Shown: piece by piece, positions 28,991 through 38,322 of the stretch
Layout of the letters: each line of letters opens with the position of its first letter
Position numbering within the stretch: position 1 is the first letter of the stretch
Assembly (NCBI GenBank): GCA_035622455.1
Contig: DASPVG010000058.1
Span: forward strand, 1-50,053
Source: Terriglobales bacterium
GTDB taxonomy: Bacteria > Acidobacteriota > Terriglobia > Terriglobales > Acidobacteriaceae
Length of the DNA stretch: 50,053 nucleotides
Direction: 5' to 3'
Program-made: the position numbers and the translations under genes
The notes under the pieces: model-generated
The model's input: the letters and a program-made list of their open reading frames with translations, nothing else
The model's database searches: none
Told to the model about the DNA's origin: nothing

Positions 28991-29520
28991 CCTCGTTTCC
29001 TCGGTCTGCGGTCTCTGGCGTGTTGGAGCTTCACGGCCGGATCCAGCTTCTCCCGGAGGCGCCGCTCGACCAAGTCTGGTACCAAGCCCTTGATGGAGCC
29101 GCCTAATTGGGCAACTTCGCGCACCAACCGGGAACTCAAGTAGGAATACTGTTCTGCCGGCATCATAAAAACCGTTTCCAGGTTGGGCTGCAATTTGCGG
29201 TTCATCAGCGCCATCTGCAGCTCGTATTCGTAGTCGCTAATCGCCCGAATTCCGCGAAGCACCGCCCCTGCCTTGACTCTCGCAGCATAATCGACGGTCA
29301 GGCCGTCGAAAGTGTCGATCCGCACGTTTCTGAAATCTTCGGTCATGGCTTCCAGCATCAAGACGCGCTCGGAGAGGCCGAACAGGGGAGCTTTGTCTGG
29401 ATTGCGAAGAATTGCCACAATCAGTTGATCGAAGATCTTGCTTCCCCGCTCAATCAGGTCCAAATGACCGTTGGTCGGCGGATCGAACGAGCCGGGATAA
29501 ATGGCAATAACTTTTCTCAA
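28987..29520 (-). CDS. coaD: pantetheine-phosphate adenylyltransferase
   Basis: IAIYPGSFDPPTNGHLDLIERG signature. 4-nt overlap with the downstream aminotransferase. Has a basic C-terminal tail. Confidence 0.92.
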   Translation of the reverse strand: MRKVIAIYPGSFDPPTNGHLDLIERGSKIFDQLIVAILRNPDKAPLFGLSERVLMLEAMTEDFRNVRIDTFDGLTVDYAARVKAGAVLRGIRAISDYEYELQMALMNRKLQPNLETVFMMPAEQYSYLSSRLVREVAQLGGSIKGLVPDLVERRLREKLDPAVKLQHARDRRPRKRG

Positions 29521-29754
29521 TCATCCTCGTGGCGCGCTGGGCTGGATAACCAAGGATTGTATCGGTCGAAGATGGGAATGGCAATTGGCCTTCGGGTGCT
29601 TGGGCGGCTCATGCTGGTCGCAAGCTCTCCCCGGCGAGTAGCAAGAGAAGGGCCAACCGGTTCACAACTTTTTACCTGTTTTTACCCCTAATTGACACCT
29701 TTTAGTCGGCAGTTGACTATGTTAGGACTCGAGAGCGGAGATCCTGAACCTGTC

Positions 29755-31437
29755 ATGACATTGAAGCGGCGATGGAACGAGCGTACCCGGGTCATGCTGA
29801 CGCTAGAGCTCGCCGTGGTATTGCCGGCCGCCGTGCTGGTCCTGTTGGGTGTTCTGCATGTGAACAGTATCCAGCGGGATAAGGGTGTGCAAGCGGCCTT
29901 CCAGAGAGACTTTAGCCACGTTCTGAAGATCTCGGAACAGCAGATCAATCAGAATGCTTACGATTTGGCGGATCAGGTGAGAAATGACGTTCCTGCAGCC
30001 GGCGAGGCTTGCTCGGAAACGATGGACAGGATCCTCCTGGCTCACCCCTATATTGCCCACCTTTTCATGTATGACCCCAGCACCGGCATGGTATTTCGTT
30101 CGCAGCAGGACCGATTGAAAGATCCTTCGTTTCGCACCGAGGCCGACGACATGGCCAGCATGTTCAAAGGGTGGATGCAAGCGGACTACAAAAGCACAGT
30201 CCACGAGCTGCAGGAGAGGTCCAAGAACGGGGAGCGGTATTACTCCTTTGACTCTTGGGCACCACGGGGCGAAAAGCACCTTTATCAGGCCGGCGGTTTG
30301 TTTTTGGCGGGAGACAGTCACGGCGGCAACACGGCCATCGCCGGATTAGTGTTCGATGCGGAATACCTCAACGATAAGTTTCTTCCCGAAATGGTCGATC
30401 AAGTCCTGAGCCACCATGACGAACAAGGAGAAAGGAACCACGTAGCGATCATGATTCATCCCCGGCATGAATCGACCCCCTTAGCAGCCTCGGCGGGCTG
30501 GGACGGAGGTTATCCCGAGGTCGAACGCAACATGGAAGGAGCACTTCCCGGGCTGACCCTGGGGATCAAGGTACGAGGAACCACCCTGGCCGCTCTCGAG
30601 CATCGCTTCGTGCGCAACGATTTTTTGATTTTGGCGGGGCTTTCTCTTCTGTTAGCCGCCGGCATTATCTTGACCCACCGTAATATCTCCCGCGAAATGG
30701 CGCTGGCCCGGTTGAAGTCGGATTTTGTCTCCAATGTTTCCCACGAGCTGCGCACGCCACTTTCACTCATTCGCCTGTACGCGGAAACCCTCGAGTTAGG
30801 GCGGCTCAAATCCGAGGTCAAATGTCACGAATACTACTCCATCATTCGCAAAGAAAGCGAACGGCTTACGGCCTTGATCAATAACATCCTCGACTTCTCG
30901 CGCATCGAGGCGGGCAGGAAAGAATACGATTTTCGCGAGACCGACGTCGGCGAGCTGGTGCATAACACGCTCGAGTCCTACCGCTACCAGATTGAACAGA
31001 ACGGATTTGCCTTCGAGGAAAGGATTGCAGAAGATGTGCCTCGCTTGCGGGTAGATCGTGAGGCCCTGGCTCGCTCCCTGTTGAACCTGGTGAACAACGC
31101 ACTGAAGTATTCGCAAGACCGCAAGTTCATCGGCGTGAATGTGTTTCGCGACAACGGTTCAGTGAAGCTCGAGGTTGTCGACCACGGCATCGGCATCCCG
31201 ACCGATGAACAAAGCAAGATCTTTGAGAAGTTCTACCGGGTCGGCGATCCGCTGGTCCACAACACCAAGGGTAGTGGTCTGGGACTTTCGTTGGTGCGGC
31301 ACGTCGTGCAAGCGCACGGCGGCCAAGTTCTGGTAGACAGCGCCCCCGGGCGAGGAAGCAAATTCACCATTCGCTTGCCGCTCGATCAAACGGCGCACAC
31401 AAGCAGCAAAGTGGTCGCGGTTCAGTCGGAGAACTGA
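29755..31437 (+). CDS. sensor histidine kinase with large uncharacterised extracytoplasmic domain
   Basis: Two TM segments flank a sensor region of about 270 aa. HisKA box FVSNVSHELRTPL. HATPase N/G boxes NLVNNALKYS, DHGIGIP and GSGLGLS. Alternative starts lie at 29692 (TTG) and 29719. Confidence 0.88.
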   Translation: MTLKRRWNERTRVMLTLELAVVLPAAVLVLLGVLHVNSIQRDKGVQAAFQRDFSHVLKISEQQINQNAYDLADQVRNDVPAAGEACSETMDRILLAHPYIAHLFMYDPSTGMVFRSQQDRLKDPSFRTEADDMASMFKGWMQADYKSTVHELQERSKNGERYYSFDSWAPRGEKHLYQAGGLFLAGDSHGGNTAIAGLVFDAEYLNDKFLPEMVDQVLSHHDEQGERNHVAIMIHPRHESTPLAASAGWDGGYPEVERNMEGALPGLTLGIKVRGTTLAALEHRFVRNDFLILAGLSLLLAAGIILTHRNISREMALARLKSDFVSNVSHELRTPLSLIRLYAETLELGRLKSEVKCHEYYSIIRKESERLTALINNILDFSRIEAGRKEYDFRETDVGELVHNTLESYRYQIEQNGFAFEERIAEDVPRLRVDREALARSLLNLVNNALKYSQDRKFIGVNVFRDNGSVKLEVVDHGIGIPTDEQSKIFEKFYRVGDPLVHNTKGSGLGLSLVRHVVQAHGGQVLVDSAPGRGSKFTIRLPLDQTAHTSSKVVAVQSEN

Positions 31438-31441
31438 GGTC

Positions 31442-32122
31442 ATGGCGAAGATCCTGATTGTCGAGGACGAGCCGAACATGGTGGCGGGGCTGCGGGACAA
31501 CTTCGAATTCGAGGGCTACCAGGTCATCAGCGCCCCGGACGGGGTTGCCGGACTGGAGCGTGCGCTGACGGAGGCCCCGGACCTGGTGATTTTGGATGTC
31601 ATGATGCCGCGGATGAGCGGCATGGATGTTTGCAAGCAGCTGAAGAACAAAAAGCCTGCCATTCCCATCATCATGCTCACCGCGCGCGGGCAGGAAGTGG
31701 ACAAGGTTGTGGGACTCGAATTGGGAGCGGATGACTACATCACCAAGCCCTTTTCCATTCGGGAATTGCTGGCTCGGGTGAAGGCCGTGCTGCGGCGTGC
31801 CGGAATAGCTCCAAGGGCGGCGGAGAAGTACACGTTTGGCGAGGTGGAGGTGAACCTGCGCAGCTGCCGGGTTTCGAAGCGAGGCAGAGAATTAGATTTT
31901 TCTTCGAAAGAGTTCGAGCTGTTGAAGTTCTTTCTTCACCATCCGGGTGAGACCTTAAGCCGAGACCGGCTGCTCGAGGAAGTTTGGGGCTATGCGCATT
32001 TCCCCACCACTCGCACGGTGGACGCCCATATTGTGCGGCTGCGGCAGAAGGTTGAACCCAAGCCTGATGAACCTCGGTTCATCCTGACCGTGCACGGTAC
32101 GGGATATAAGTTTGTCGGCTAA
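31442..32122 (+). CDS. OmpR/PhoB-type response regulator
   Basis: Receiver domain (KILIVEDE...DLVILDVMMPRMSG...LTA) plus a winged-helix output (FELLKFFLHHPGETLSRDRLLEEVWG). Starts 4 nt after the kinase stop. Confidence 0.92.
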   Translation: MAKILIVEDEPNMVAGLRDNFEFEGYQVISAPDGVAGLERALTEAPDLVILDVMMPRMSGMDVCKQLKNKKPAIPIIMLTARGQEVDKVVGLELGADDYITKPFSIRELLARVKAVLRRAGIAPRAAEKYTFGEVEVNLRSCRVSKRGRELDFSSKEFELLKFFLHHPGETLSRDRLLEEVWGYAHFPTTRTVDAHIVRLRQKVEPKPDEPRFILTVHGTGYKFVG

Positions 32123-32140
32123 AGCACAAGGGAGGACGGA

Positions 32141-32770
32141 GTGGAAAACGCATTACCGCTTCGAGACGGCGAACGCGGCTGGACGCACGCGAGCCGGGTG
32201 GACAACGCGCGGTTGATCCGCCAGGCCCAACTGGGCAGTACCAGCGCCTTTGAAGAGCTGGTGCGCCAATACGACCGGGCGGTCTTGCGCCTCGCCGTCC
32301 ACCTCACCGGGTCCAGGGAAGATGGACAGGATGTTTATCAGGAAGCGTTTCTGCGTGCCTACGTCAACCTGGCCAGCTTTCGTTTCGAATGTTCGTTTTA
32401 CACCTGGATTTACCGCATTGTCACCAATCTCTGCCTCGACCATCTGCGCAAGCGCTCTTCCCGGGTGCGCGACCTGACGGCCACGGTATCTTCCGATGGT
32501 GAGGAAGAGCCGATCCTCGATCGCATCGCGGATCAGCGCGCCGGCATGAGCCCGGAGCGCAACCTGATGAGTCGGGAATTGCGCAGCTCGATTGTGCGGG
32601 CGATTGCACGGCTCTCCCCGCGCGAGCGGATGGTATTTGAGCTCAAACATTACCACGGGTTACGGTTGCGAACCGTGGCCGGCATTCTGCATACCAGCGA
32701 GGGAACCATTAAAAATACGCTGTTCCGTGCTACCCACAAGCTGCGCACGGAACTCGCTGAGTTCCGCTGA
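32141..32770 (+). CDS. ECF-type RNA polymerase sigma-70 family factor
   Basis: GTG start with GGAGGA SD 4 nt upstream. Region 2 is FEELVRQYDRAVLRLAVHLTGSREDGQDVYQEAFLRAY. Region 4 is LSPRERMVFELKHYHGLRLRTVAGILHTSEGTIKNTLFRA. Confidence 0.88.
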   Translation: MENALPLRDGERGWTHASRVDNARLIRQAQLGSTSAFEELVRQYDRAVLRLAVHLTGSREDGQDVYQEAFLRAYVNLASFRFECSFYTWIYRIVTNLCLDHLRKRSSRVRDLTATVSSDGEEEPILDRIADQRAGMSPERNLMSRELRSSIVRAIARLSPRERMVFELKHYHGLRLRTVAGILHTSEGTIKNTLFRATHKLRTELAEFR

Positions 32771-32859
32771 ACTCCCCCCGTCCTGGGGTGAGACCCTCCT
32801 CGAAGATGTGCTAAGGTAAAACTTCGCAAGTTTCTTATTGTCTTCACCTTGGGGTATTC

Positions 32860-34500
32860 GTGCCGCTTTCGCAGGACCCACAGTGGTACAAGGACGCACT
32901 CATCTATCAGGTCCACGTGCGGTCTTTTCAGGACAGTTCGGGAGATGGTATCGGGGATTTTCGCGGGTTGGCGCAGAAGCTCGACTACGTCCAGGAATTG
33001 GGCGTCGACACCCTATGGCTCATGCCCTTCTTTCCCTCGCCCCTCAGGGATGACGGGTACGATATCGCGGATTACCGCTCGGTCCATCCCAATTACGGTA
33101 CCCTCGACGATTTCAAGGGGTTTCTCGAAGCTGCCCATGCTCGCGGCATTCGCGTGATCATCGAAATGGTGCTGAATCATACCTCCGATCAGCACGCCTG
33201 GTTTCAACAATCTCGAAGCTCCCGCGACAATCCCCGCCGAGATTGGTACGTGTGGAGTGACAAGGATACGAAATATCAGGGGACGCGCATTATCTTTTTG
33301 GACACGGAACTTTCTAACTGGGCCTGGGACCCGGTTTCAAAGCAGTATTACTGGCATCGCTTTTTCAGCCATCAGCCCGATCTAAATTACGACAATCCCG
33401 AGGTCCGGGAAGAGATGTGGGAGGTCATGCGGTTTTGGCTGCGCATGGGAGTGGATGGATTCCGCCTCGATGCCGTCCCCTATCTAATTGAAAGAGAAGG
33501 CACCAATTGCGAAAATCTTCCCGAGACTCATGCTGTCATCAAGGACTACCGAGCGCGGCTGGACCGGGAGTTTCCGGGAAAGATGTTTTTGGCCGAGGCC
33601 AACCAGTGGCCCGAGGATCTGGGTCCTTATTTTAGCCGTGGCGACGAGTTTCACATGGCCTTCAACTTTCCTCTCATGCCCAGGATGTTTATGGGGTTAA
33701 AGCTTGAAGACCGCAAGCCGATCACCGAAATCCTGCAGCGCACCCCGCAGATTCCGGAGATTTGCCAGTGGTGCCTGTTCCTGCGCAATCACGATGAACT
33801 GACGCTCGAGATGGTCACGGACATGGAAAGGGATTACATGTACGACGAATATGCCCGCGACCGCAGTATGCGCTTGAATCTCGGGATTCGCCGACGCCTC
33901 GCGCCACTGCTCGACAACGACCGCCGCCGCATCGAACTCATGAATGGAATGCTGATGTCGCTTCCCGGCACCCCCATTGCTTATTATGGCGACGAAATCG
34001 GCATGGGCGACAACGTAAATCTGGGGGATCGCAATGGCGTTCGGACCCCGATGCAATGGGACGGGGGGTGGAACGGCGGATTTTCCACGGCTGATCCGGA
34101 GAAGCTTTACTCTCCGCTTATGCTCAATCCGGTCTACGGTTACCAGGCGGTGAACGTCTCCTCGCAGAAGCGTTTTGAGCACTCGCTGCTTTCGTGGATG
34201 AAGCGCATCCTGAAGGTTCGCAAATCCAGTCCGGTGTTTGGCCGAGGTTCGATCGAGTTCCTGTACCCCGCCAATCATCGCGTCCTGGCCTACGTGCGTA
34301 GCTGGGGAAAGGAAGCGATCCTCGTGGTCAATAACCTTTCCAGTTCCGCCCAGGCCGTCGAGCTCGATTTGCGGGGGTACAAGGGCAACATCTTGATCGA
34401 AATGTTTGGCCGCAATATTTTTCCGCGGGTCGGAGATCTGCCGTATCTTTTGACCATGGGACCCTACCAGTTCTACTGGTTTCGGCTGAGGAAACTCTGA
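32860..34500 (+). CDS. treS: trehalose synthase (maltose alpha-D-glucosyltransferase), GH13, no fused maltokinase
   Basis: [31 protein letters not shown]13 catalytic regions are [18 protein letters not shown] and [14 protein letters not shown] start. Confidence 0.9.
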   Translation: MPLSQDPQWYKDALIYQVHVRSFQDSSGDGIGDFRGLAQKLDYVQELGVDTLWLMPFFPSPLRDDGYDIADYRSVHPNYGTLDDFKGFLEAAHARGIRVIIEMVLNHTSDQHAWFQQSRSSRDNPRRDWYVWSDKDTKYQGTRIIFLDTELSNWAWDPVSKQYYWHRFFSHQPDLNYDNPEVREEMWEVMRFWLRMGVDGFRLDAVPYLIEREGTNCENLPETHAVIKDYRARLDREFPGKMFLAEANQWPEDLGPYFSRGDEFHMAFNFPLMPRMFMGLKLEDRKPITEILQRTPQIPEICQWCLFLRNHDELTLEMVTDMERDYMYDEYARDRSMRLNLGIRRRLAPLLDNDRRRIELMNGMLMSLPGTPIAYYGDEIGMGDNVNLGDRNGVRTPMQWDGGWNGGFSTADPEKLYSPLMLNPVYGYQAVNVSSQKRFEHSLLSWMKRILKVRKSSPVFGRGSIEFLYPANHRVLAYVRSWGKEAILVVNNLSSSAQAVELDLRGYKGNILIEMFGRNIFPRVGDLPYLLTMGPYQFYWFRLRKL

Positions 34501-34580
34501 AGGCGTTGCCCACGGCAGGCGGAGAAGGCAGAGCGGATGGGAATGCTCAATCCTGATGCTGCATGCTGACTTCCTAACTT

Positions 34581-35867
34581 TTGTTTTGGAGGGGTTGGTT
34601 GGCCGAAGAAAGCATTCTGACGGATGATTTTCTTCACGAGTTGATGAATGTGGGCGAAGTGGACGTGCTGGTGGGTCTGCCCACGTACAATGACGCCGCC
34701 AGCATCGGCCAGATCGTCCAGGCGATTCGCGCCGGCCTGGTCAAGTATTTTCCCCGGCAGCGAGCGGTCATCATCAATGCCGATGGAGGCTCCCATGACA
34801 TGACGCAGGAGCTGGTCCGGGCTGCCTCGATCACTGACCTGCAACACACTCCTAATCCTCACGCCTTACGTACTCTGCACTCGATCAGTGTGCGGTACGG
34901 CGGAGGCCCCTCGACCGGGCGCGGGCTCTATGCCATTCTGGCGGCTGCCGACTTACTGCATTCCTCCGCGTGCGCGGTCATTTCCGCCGATTCCACCAAC
35001 ATCGAACCGGAGTGGATCGCCCACTTGTTGCAGCCCGTCTGCCAAGACGGCTTCGATCTGGTGACACCGGCGTACCATCGGCATAAGTTTGACGGACTGC
35101 TGGTGCGCAATCTCGTTTACCCCATGATCCGAGCCCTGTATGCCAAGCAGATCCGAGAACCATATCCCTCCGAATTTGCTCTTTCCGGTCGCCTTGCCAC
35201 GCACCTGTTTGGTCAGGATGGCTGGGCGACGGTAGCCGAGCAGGATGGGGCGAAGCTCTATCTGACGATTTCGGCCATCGCCGGGAGCTTCAAGTTGGCA
35301 CAGGCGCTCCTCGGAAGCAAGACCCGGGCGCAGAATAGCCCTCCCGCCGACGTGGTGGATGCTCTGCGCGAAGGTGTGGGACCGTTGTTTTTCTCCCTGG
35401 ATCAGCAGCCGGCCTGGAGGTCGAGCATGCCCTCCGAGCCCGTTCCCATCCTGGGAGGTCGGCCCGAGGTCACCCTGGAGCCGTTGCGCATCAATCGCAA
35501 ACGCTTATACGATTTGTTCCGAAGCGGGGTGTCGGAACTCGAACCTCTGTTGAGTTCGATCGTTTCCCAAGCCACGCTCCAGCAGCTCGAAGAACTGGCA
35601 TCTCGGGCGGAGCAGGAGTTCTGCTATCCGGATGAGTTATGGGTGAAAACCGTGTATGAATTTGCTGCCTCCTATCACCGGGCAGTGCTCAATCGTGATC
35701 ACATCATTCAAGCTCTGGCACCGCTCTACCGAGGAAGGGCCTACACGTTCCTGGTCGAAAACCGCGATTCCCAGAGCGAGGAAGTGGAAAAAAATGTCGA
35801 AGCGTTGTGTTTGACGTTTGAGAAGTTCAAGCCGTACCTCGGAGAATTGTGGGACGGCAGGAAGTGA
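34581..35867 (+). CDS. GT-A fold (GT2-like) glycosyltransferase, uncharacterised subfamily
   Basis: VDVLVGLPTYNDAASIGQIV...AVIINADGGSHDMTQ matches the GT2 N-terminal pattern. The DXD position reads ISADS. The start is uncertain: a TTG at 34599 follows GGAGGGG, and an ATG lies at 34644. Confidence 0.65.
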   Translation: MFWRGWLAEESILTDDFLHELMNVGEVDVLVGLPTYNDAASIGQIVQAIRAGLVKYFPRQRAVIINADGGSHDMTQELVRAASITDLQHTPNPHALRTLHSISVRYGGGPSTGRGLYAILAAADLLHSSACAVISADSTNIEPEWIAHLLQPVCQDGFDLVTPAYHRHKFDGLLVRNLVYPMIRALYAKQIREPYPSEFALSGRLATHLFGQDGWATVAEQDGAKLYLTISAIAGSFKLAQALLGSKTRAQNSPPADVVDALREGVGPLFFSLDQQPAWRSSMPSEPVPILGGRPEVTLEPLRINRKRLYDLFRSGVSELEPLLSSIVSQATLQQLEELASRAEQEFCYPDELWVKTVYEFAASYHRAVLNRDHIIQALAPLYRGRAYTFLVENRDSQSEEVEKNVEALCLTFEKFKPYLGELWDGRK

Positions 35868-35873
35868 GGTCAT

Positions 35874-36578
35874 ATGTGGGACAAATTCGTAGTTGAATTG
35901 AGCCAGGCGTGGCAAGAACTCATTCGCGGTGTAGCGCAATTCCTGCCCCGACTGCTGGTGACGCTGATCATCGTAGTCATTGGCGGTCTCGCCGCTTGGG
36001 TCATCGAGGTCATCGTTCGCAGCATTCTGCGTCTGGTCAAATTCGATCGATTTTCCGACGATTCCGGCGCAAGCCAGTTTCTTCGGCGAACCGCCTTGCC
36101 ATCTTCGACCGAGCTGCTGAGCCGCTTCGTTTTTTGGGTGTCCTGGATTGGTTTCATCCTGGTGGGAGTGAACGTTCTGGGCATTGTTGGACTAGAGCCC
36201 CATATCTCAAAGCTGTTTGCGTACTTGCCGAGATTGGTCGCGGCGGTCTGCTTGATCTTCTTTGGCCTACTGGCTGCCAGCTTCTTCTCCCGCGCAGCCC
36301 TACTCGCCGCCGTCAATGCCGGCTCTCCCTCCCCCAAGCTCATCAGCTCCGCGGTCCGCATTCTCATCACCGTGCTGAGTGTCTCGATGGCGTTTGAGGA
36401 ACTCGGCTTAGCTGAACAAACGGTTCTCATTGCCTTTGGCTTGATCTTTGGGGCGTTGCTGTTTGGGCTCGCTCTGGCCTTCGGGCTGGGCGGGCAAGAG
36501 TTGGCGAAACGCTTTCTGGAGGCAAGATTTCTTCGCGAGACGCCGCGAGAACACGAAGACGAACTGTCGCCGTTGTGA
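35874..36578 (+). CDS. conserved TM-helix repeat membrane protein (as found N-terminal to MscS-like channels)
   Basis: Two repeats of the pattern FLPRLLVTLIIVVIGGLAAWVI / YLPRLVAAVCLIFFGLLAASFF. Starts 6 nt after the glycosyltransferase stop, with an SD present. Confidence 0.65.
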   Translation: MWDKFVVELSQAWQELIRGVAQFLPRLLVTLIIVVIGGLAAWVIEVIVRSILRLVKFDRFSDDSGASQFLRRTALPSSTELLSRFVFWVSWIGFILVGVNVLGIVGLEPHISKLFAYLPRLVAAVCLIFFGLLAASFFSRAALLAAVNAGSPSPKLISSAVRILITVLSVSMAFEELGLAEQTVLIAFGLIFGALLFGLALAFGLGGQELAKRFLEARFLRETPREHEDELSPL

Positions 36579-36981
36579 TCGTCGCAGCCAACGAAGTTCC
36601 TCCCCCGCATGAGCCGGTTTCGAGGGTAAACGCCTTCGATGCCTGGCCACCGGTCGAGGACCGCAGGGTGGACTCGCGCCTATTGATCCTCTGTCTGCAA
36701 AGCCTCCTCTCAAGTCCTGACAAAATGAGGGGGTTAGGAGCGGGGCAACTCCTGTTGATCTTTCGGATTCGAGGGCTTTCGAGAACGGGCTCTCCCTCGC
36801 GTATTCTCACCAACTCGCGATGACCGGGCCCGTCCGGCGCCCCCCGCCTGGTCCTTACCTGGTTACCGACGACTGGGGGATTTTTGCTGAGCCTGACGAT
36901 GGGAACCAGCATCCAACAGGTATAATAGAAAAGGTTTGGCAGTCGTTCGGCGGTGACTTTTCTTTGAAGAAGACCATTTCA

Positions 36982-38199
36982 ATGTCCACAAAAATTAAGG
37001 TTGCAATACTTGTTCCCTCGGCGGCTGTGCTTGTGTTCATGGCCGTAGGGGGGATGGATGGGGTACGTGCCTCGAGTAACGACGGCGCTTATCGACAGCT
37101 TCAGGTTTACAGCGAAGTGCTTTCGCGTGTGCGCAGCGACTATGTCGAAGACCCGAACATTCCTCTGGTAACCGACGGTGCGCTCCATGGGTTATTGGAA
37201 TCGCTCGATGCGGATTCCAGCTATCTGACCGCCGCTGAGTACAAGGATTACCAGTCTCACCAAGGTGAGGCGAGGGCGGACATTGGCGCCGCTATCTCCA
37301 AGCGGTTTGGTTATGCAGCCGTAATTTCTGTCATTCCCGGAGGTCCAGCCGATAAGGCGGGGCTGCAGGATACAGACATCCTCGAGGCGATCGACGGTAA
37401 GAGCACTCGCGAGATGTCACTCGCCGAACTGCGCAACCTGCTGGCCGGACAGCCGGGCTCGAACGTGACGGTTGCGGTTGTGCGAGCTGGCCGGGCCGAA
37501 CCGGAAAAGATCACCATTACGCGTGATGTCGTGAAGATCCCACCGGTCAGCGAAAAAATGTTGAGCGACAACATCGGTCAGATCCGAGTCGACGCGTTTA
37601 GCAAGGGCAAGTCGCAAGAAATCGCCAACAAAATCAAGGCTCTACAGAAAGATGGCGCGAAAAAGCTAATTCTCGACTTGCGCAACAGCGCACAAGGTGA
37701 AGAGTCTGAAGGCATCGCCACCGCCAACCTGTTCCTCAACCACGGCACGATCACCTATCTTCAGGGACAGAAGTATCCCCGTGAAGCCTTCAATGCCGAT
37801 CCTGGTAAGACCATCACCAGCCTGCCGCTCGTGGTGCTGGTAAACAAGGGAACGGCTGGGCCGGCTGAGGTGGTGGCCGCGGCGATCCTGGAGAATTCTC
37901 GCGGCGATGTGGTCGGAGACAAGACCTTTGGCGAGGGATCGGTCCAGAAGGTTATCGAATTACCTGACGGCGGGGCTCTGATTCTCTCGGTAGCCAAGTA
38001 TTACAGCCCGAGCGGCAAGGCCATTCAAGATACGGCGATCACCCCTAACGTGGTCGTAGCCGACGAAGAGGAGGATGGCCCGGTGCCGGACGAAGATGAG
38101 AATGCCGCGCCACCGGATCAGAGCCGAAAACCGCAGGTGCAGGGTGAAGATCAGCAGTTGCAGAAGGCAATCGAGCTGTTGAAGAGCCGCTCCAGCTAG
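36982..38199 (+). CDS. S41 (C-terminal processing peptidase, CtpA)-like PDZ protein, predicted catalytically inactive
   Basis: N-terminal membrane anchor and PDZ domain (VIPGGPADKAGLQDTDILEAIDGKS). S41 core is ILDLRNS...PLVVLVNKGTAGPAE...GDKTFGEGSVQ. The Ser and Lys dyad columns read Gly and Glu. Acidic C-terminal tail. Confidence 0.8.
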   Translation: MSTKIKVAILVPSAAVLVFMAVGGMDGVRASSNDGAYRQLQVYSEVLSRVRSDYVEDPNIPLVTDGALHGLLESLDADSSYLTAAEYKDYQSHQGEARADIGAAISKRFGYAAVISVIPGGPADKAGLQDTDILEAIDGKSTREMSLAELRNLLAGQPGSNVTVAVVRAGRAEPEKITITRDVVKIPPVSEKMLSDNIGQIRVDAFSKGKSQEIANKIKALQKDGAKKLILDLRNSAQGEESEGIATANLFLNHGTITYLQGQKYPREAFNADPGKTITSLPLVVLVNKGTAGPAEVVAAAILENSRGDVVGDKTFGEGSVQKVIELPDGGALILSVAKYYSPSGKAIQDTAITPNVVVADEEEDGPVPDEDENAAPPDQSRKPQVQGEDQQLQKAIELLKSRSS

Positions 38200-38322
38200 T
38201 CGGCTTGGCGTAGAAATTGAAGGCTCCGTGATCCGAGTCCCTGGTCTTGGGAGTGTCCATCGATTGTGGCAATAAGTTGAAAACCTCGCCGGGGTAAGCT
38301 CGAGTTGGTGCATTGACGCCCC

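Noticed and set aside
35870-36610. 246-aa minus-strand ORF
   Set aside because: It is antisense to the TM-helix-repeat membrane protein. The minus-strand translation is Ser/Arg/Thr-rich and featureless, while the plus-strand product has coherent TM repeats and an SD.
36921-36926. TATAAT hexamer upstream of the S41-like gene as a promoter -10 box
   Set aside because: No acceptable -35 element lies at 16-19 nt spacing, and a single hexamer match in a 400-nt spacer is expected by chance.
36820-36981. 54-codon N-terminal extension of the S41-like ORF
   Set aside because: The extension is Pro/Gly-rich with no signal-peptide character. The internal Met at 36982 is followed at once by a hydrophobic anchor, as expected for this family.
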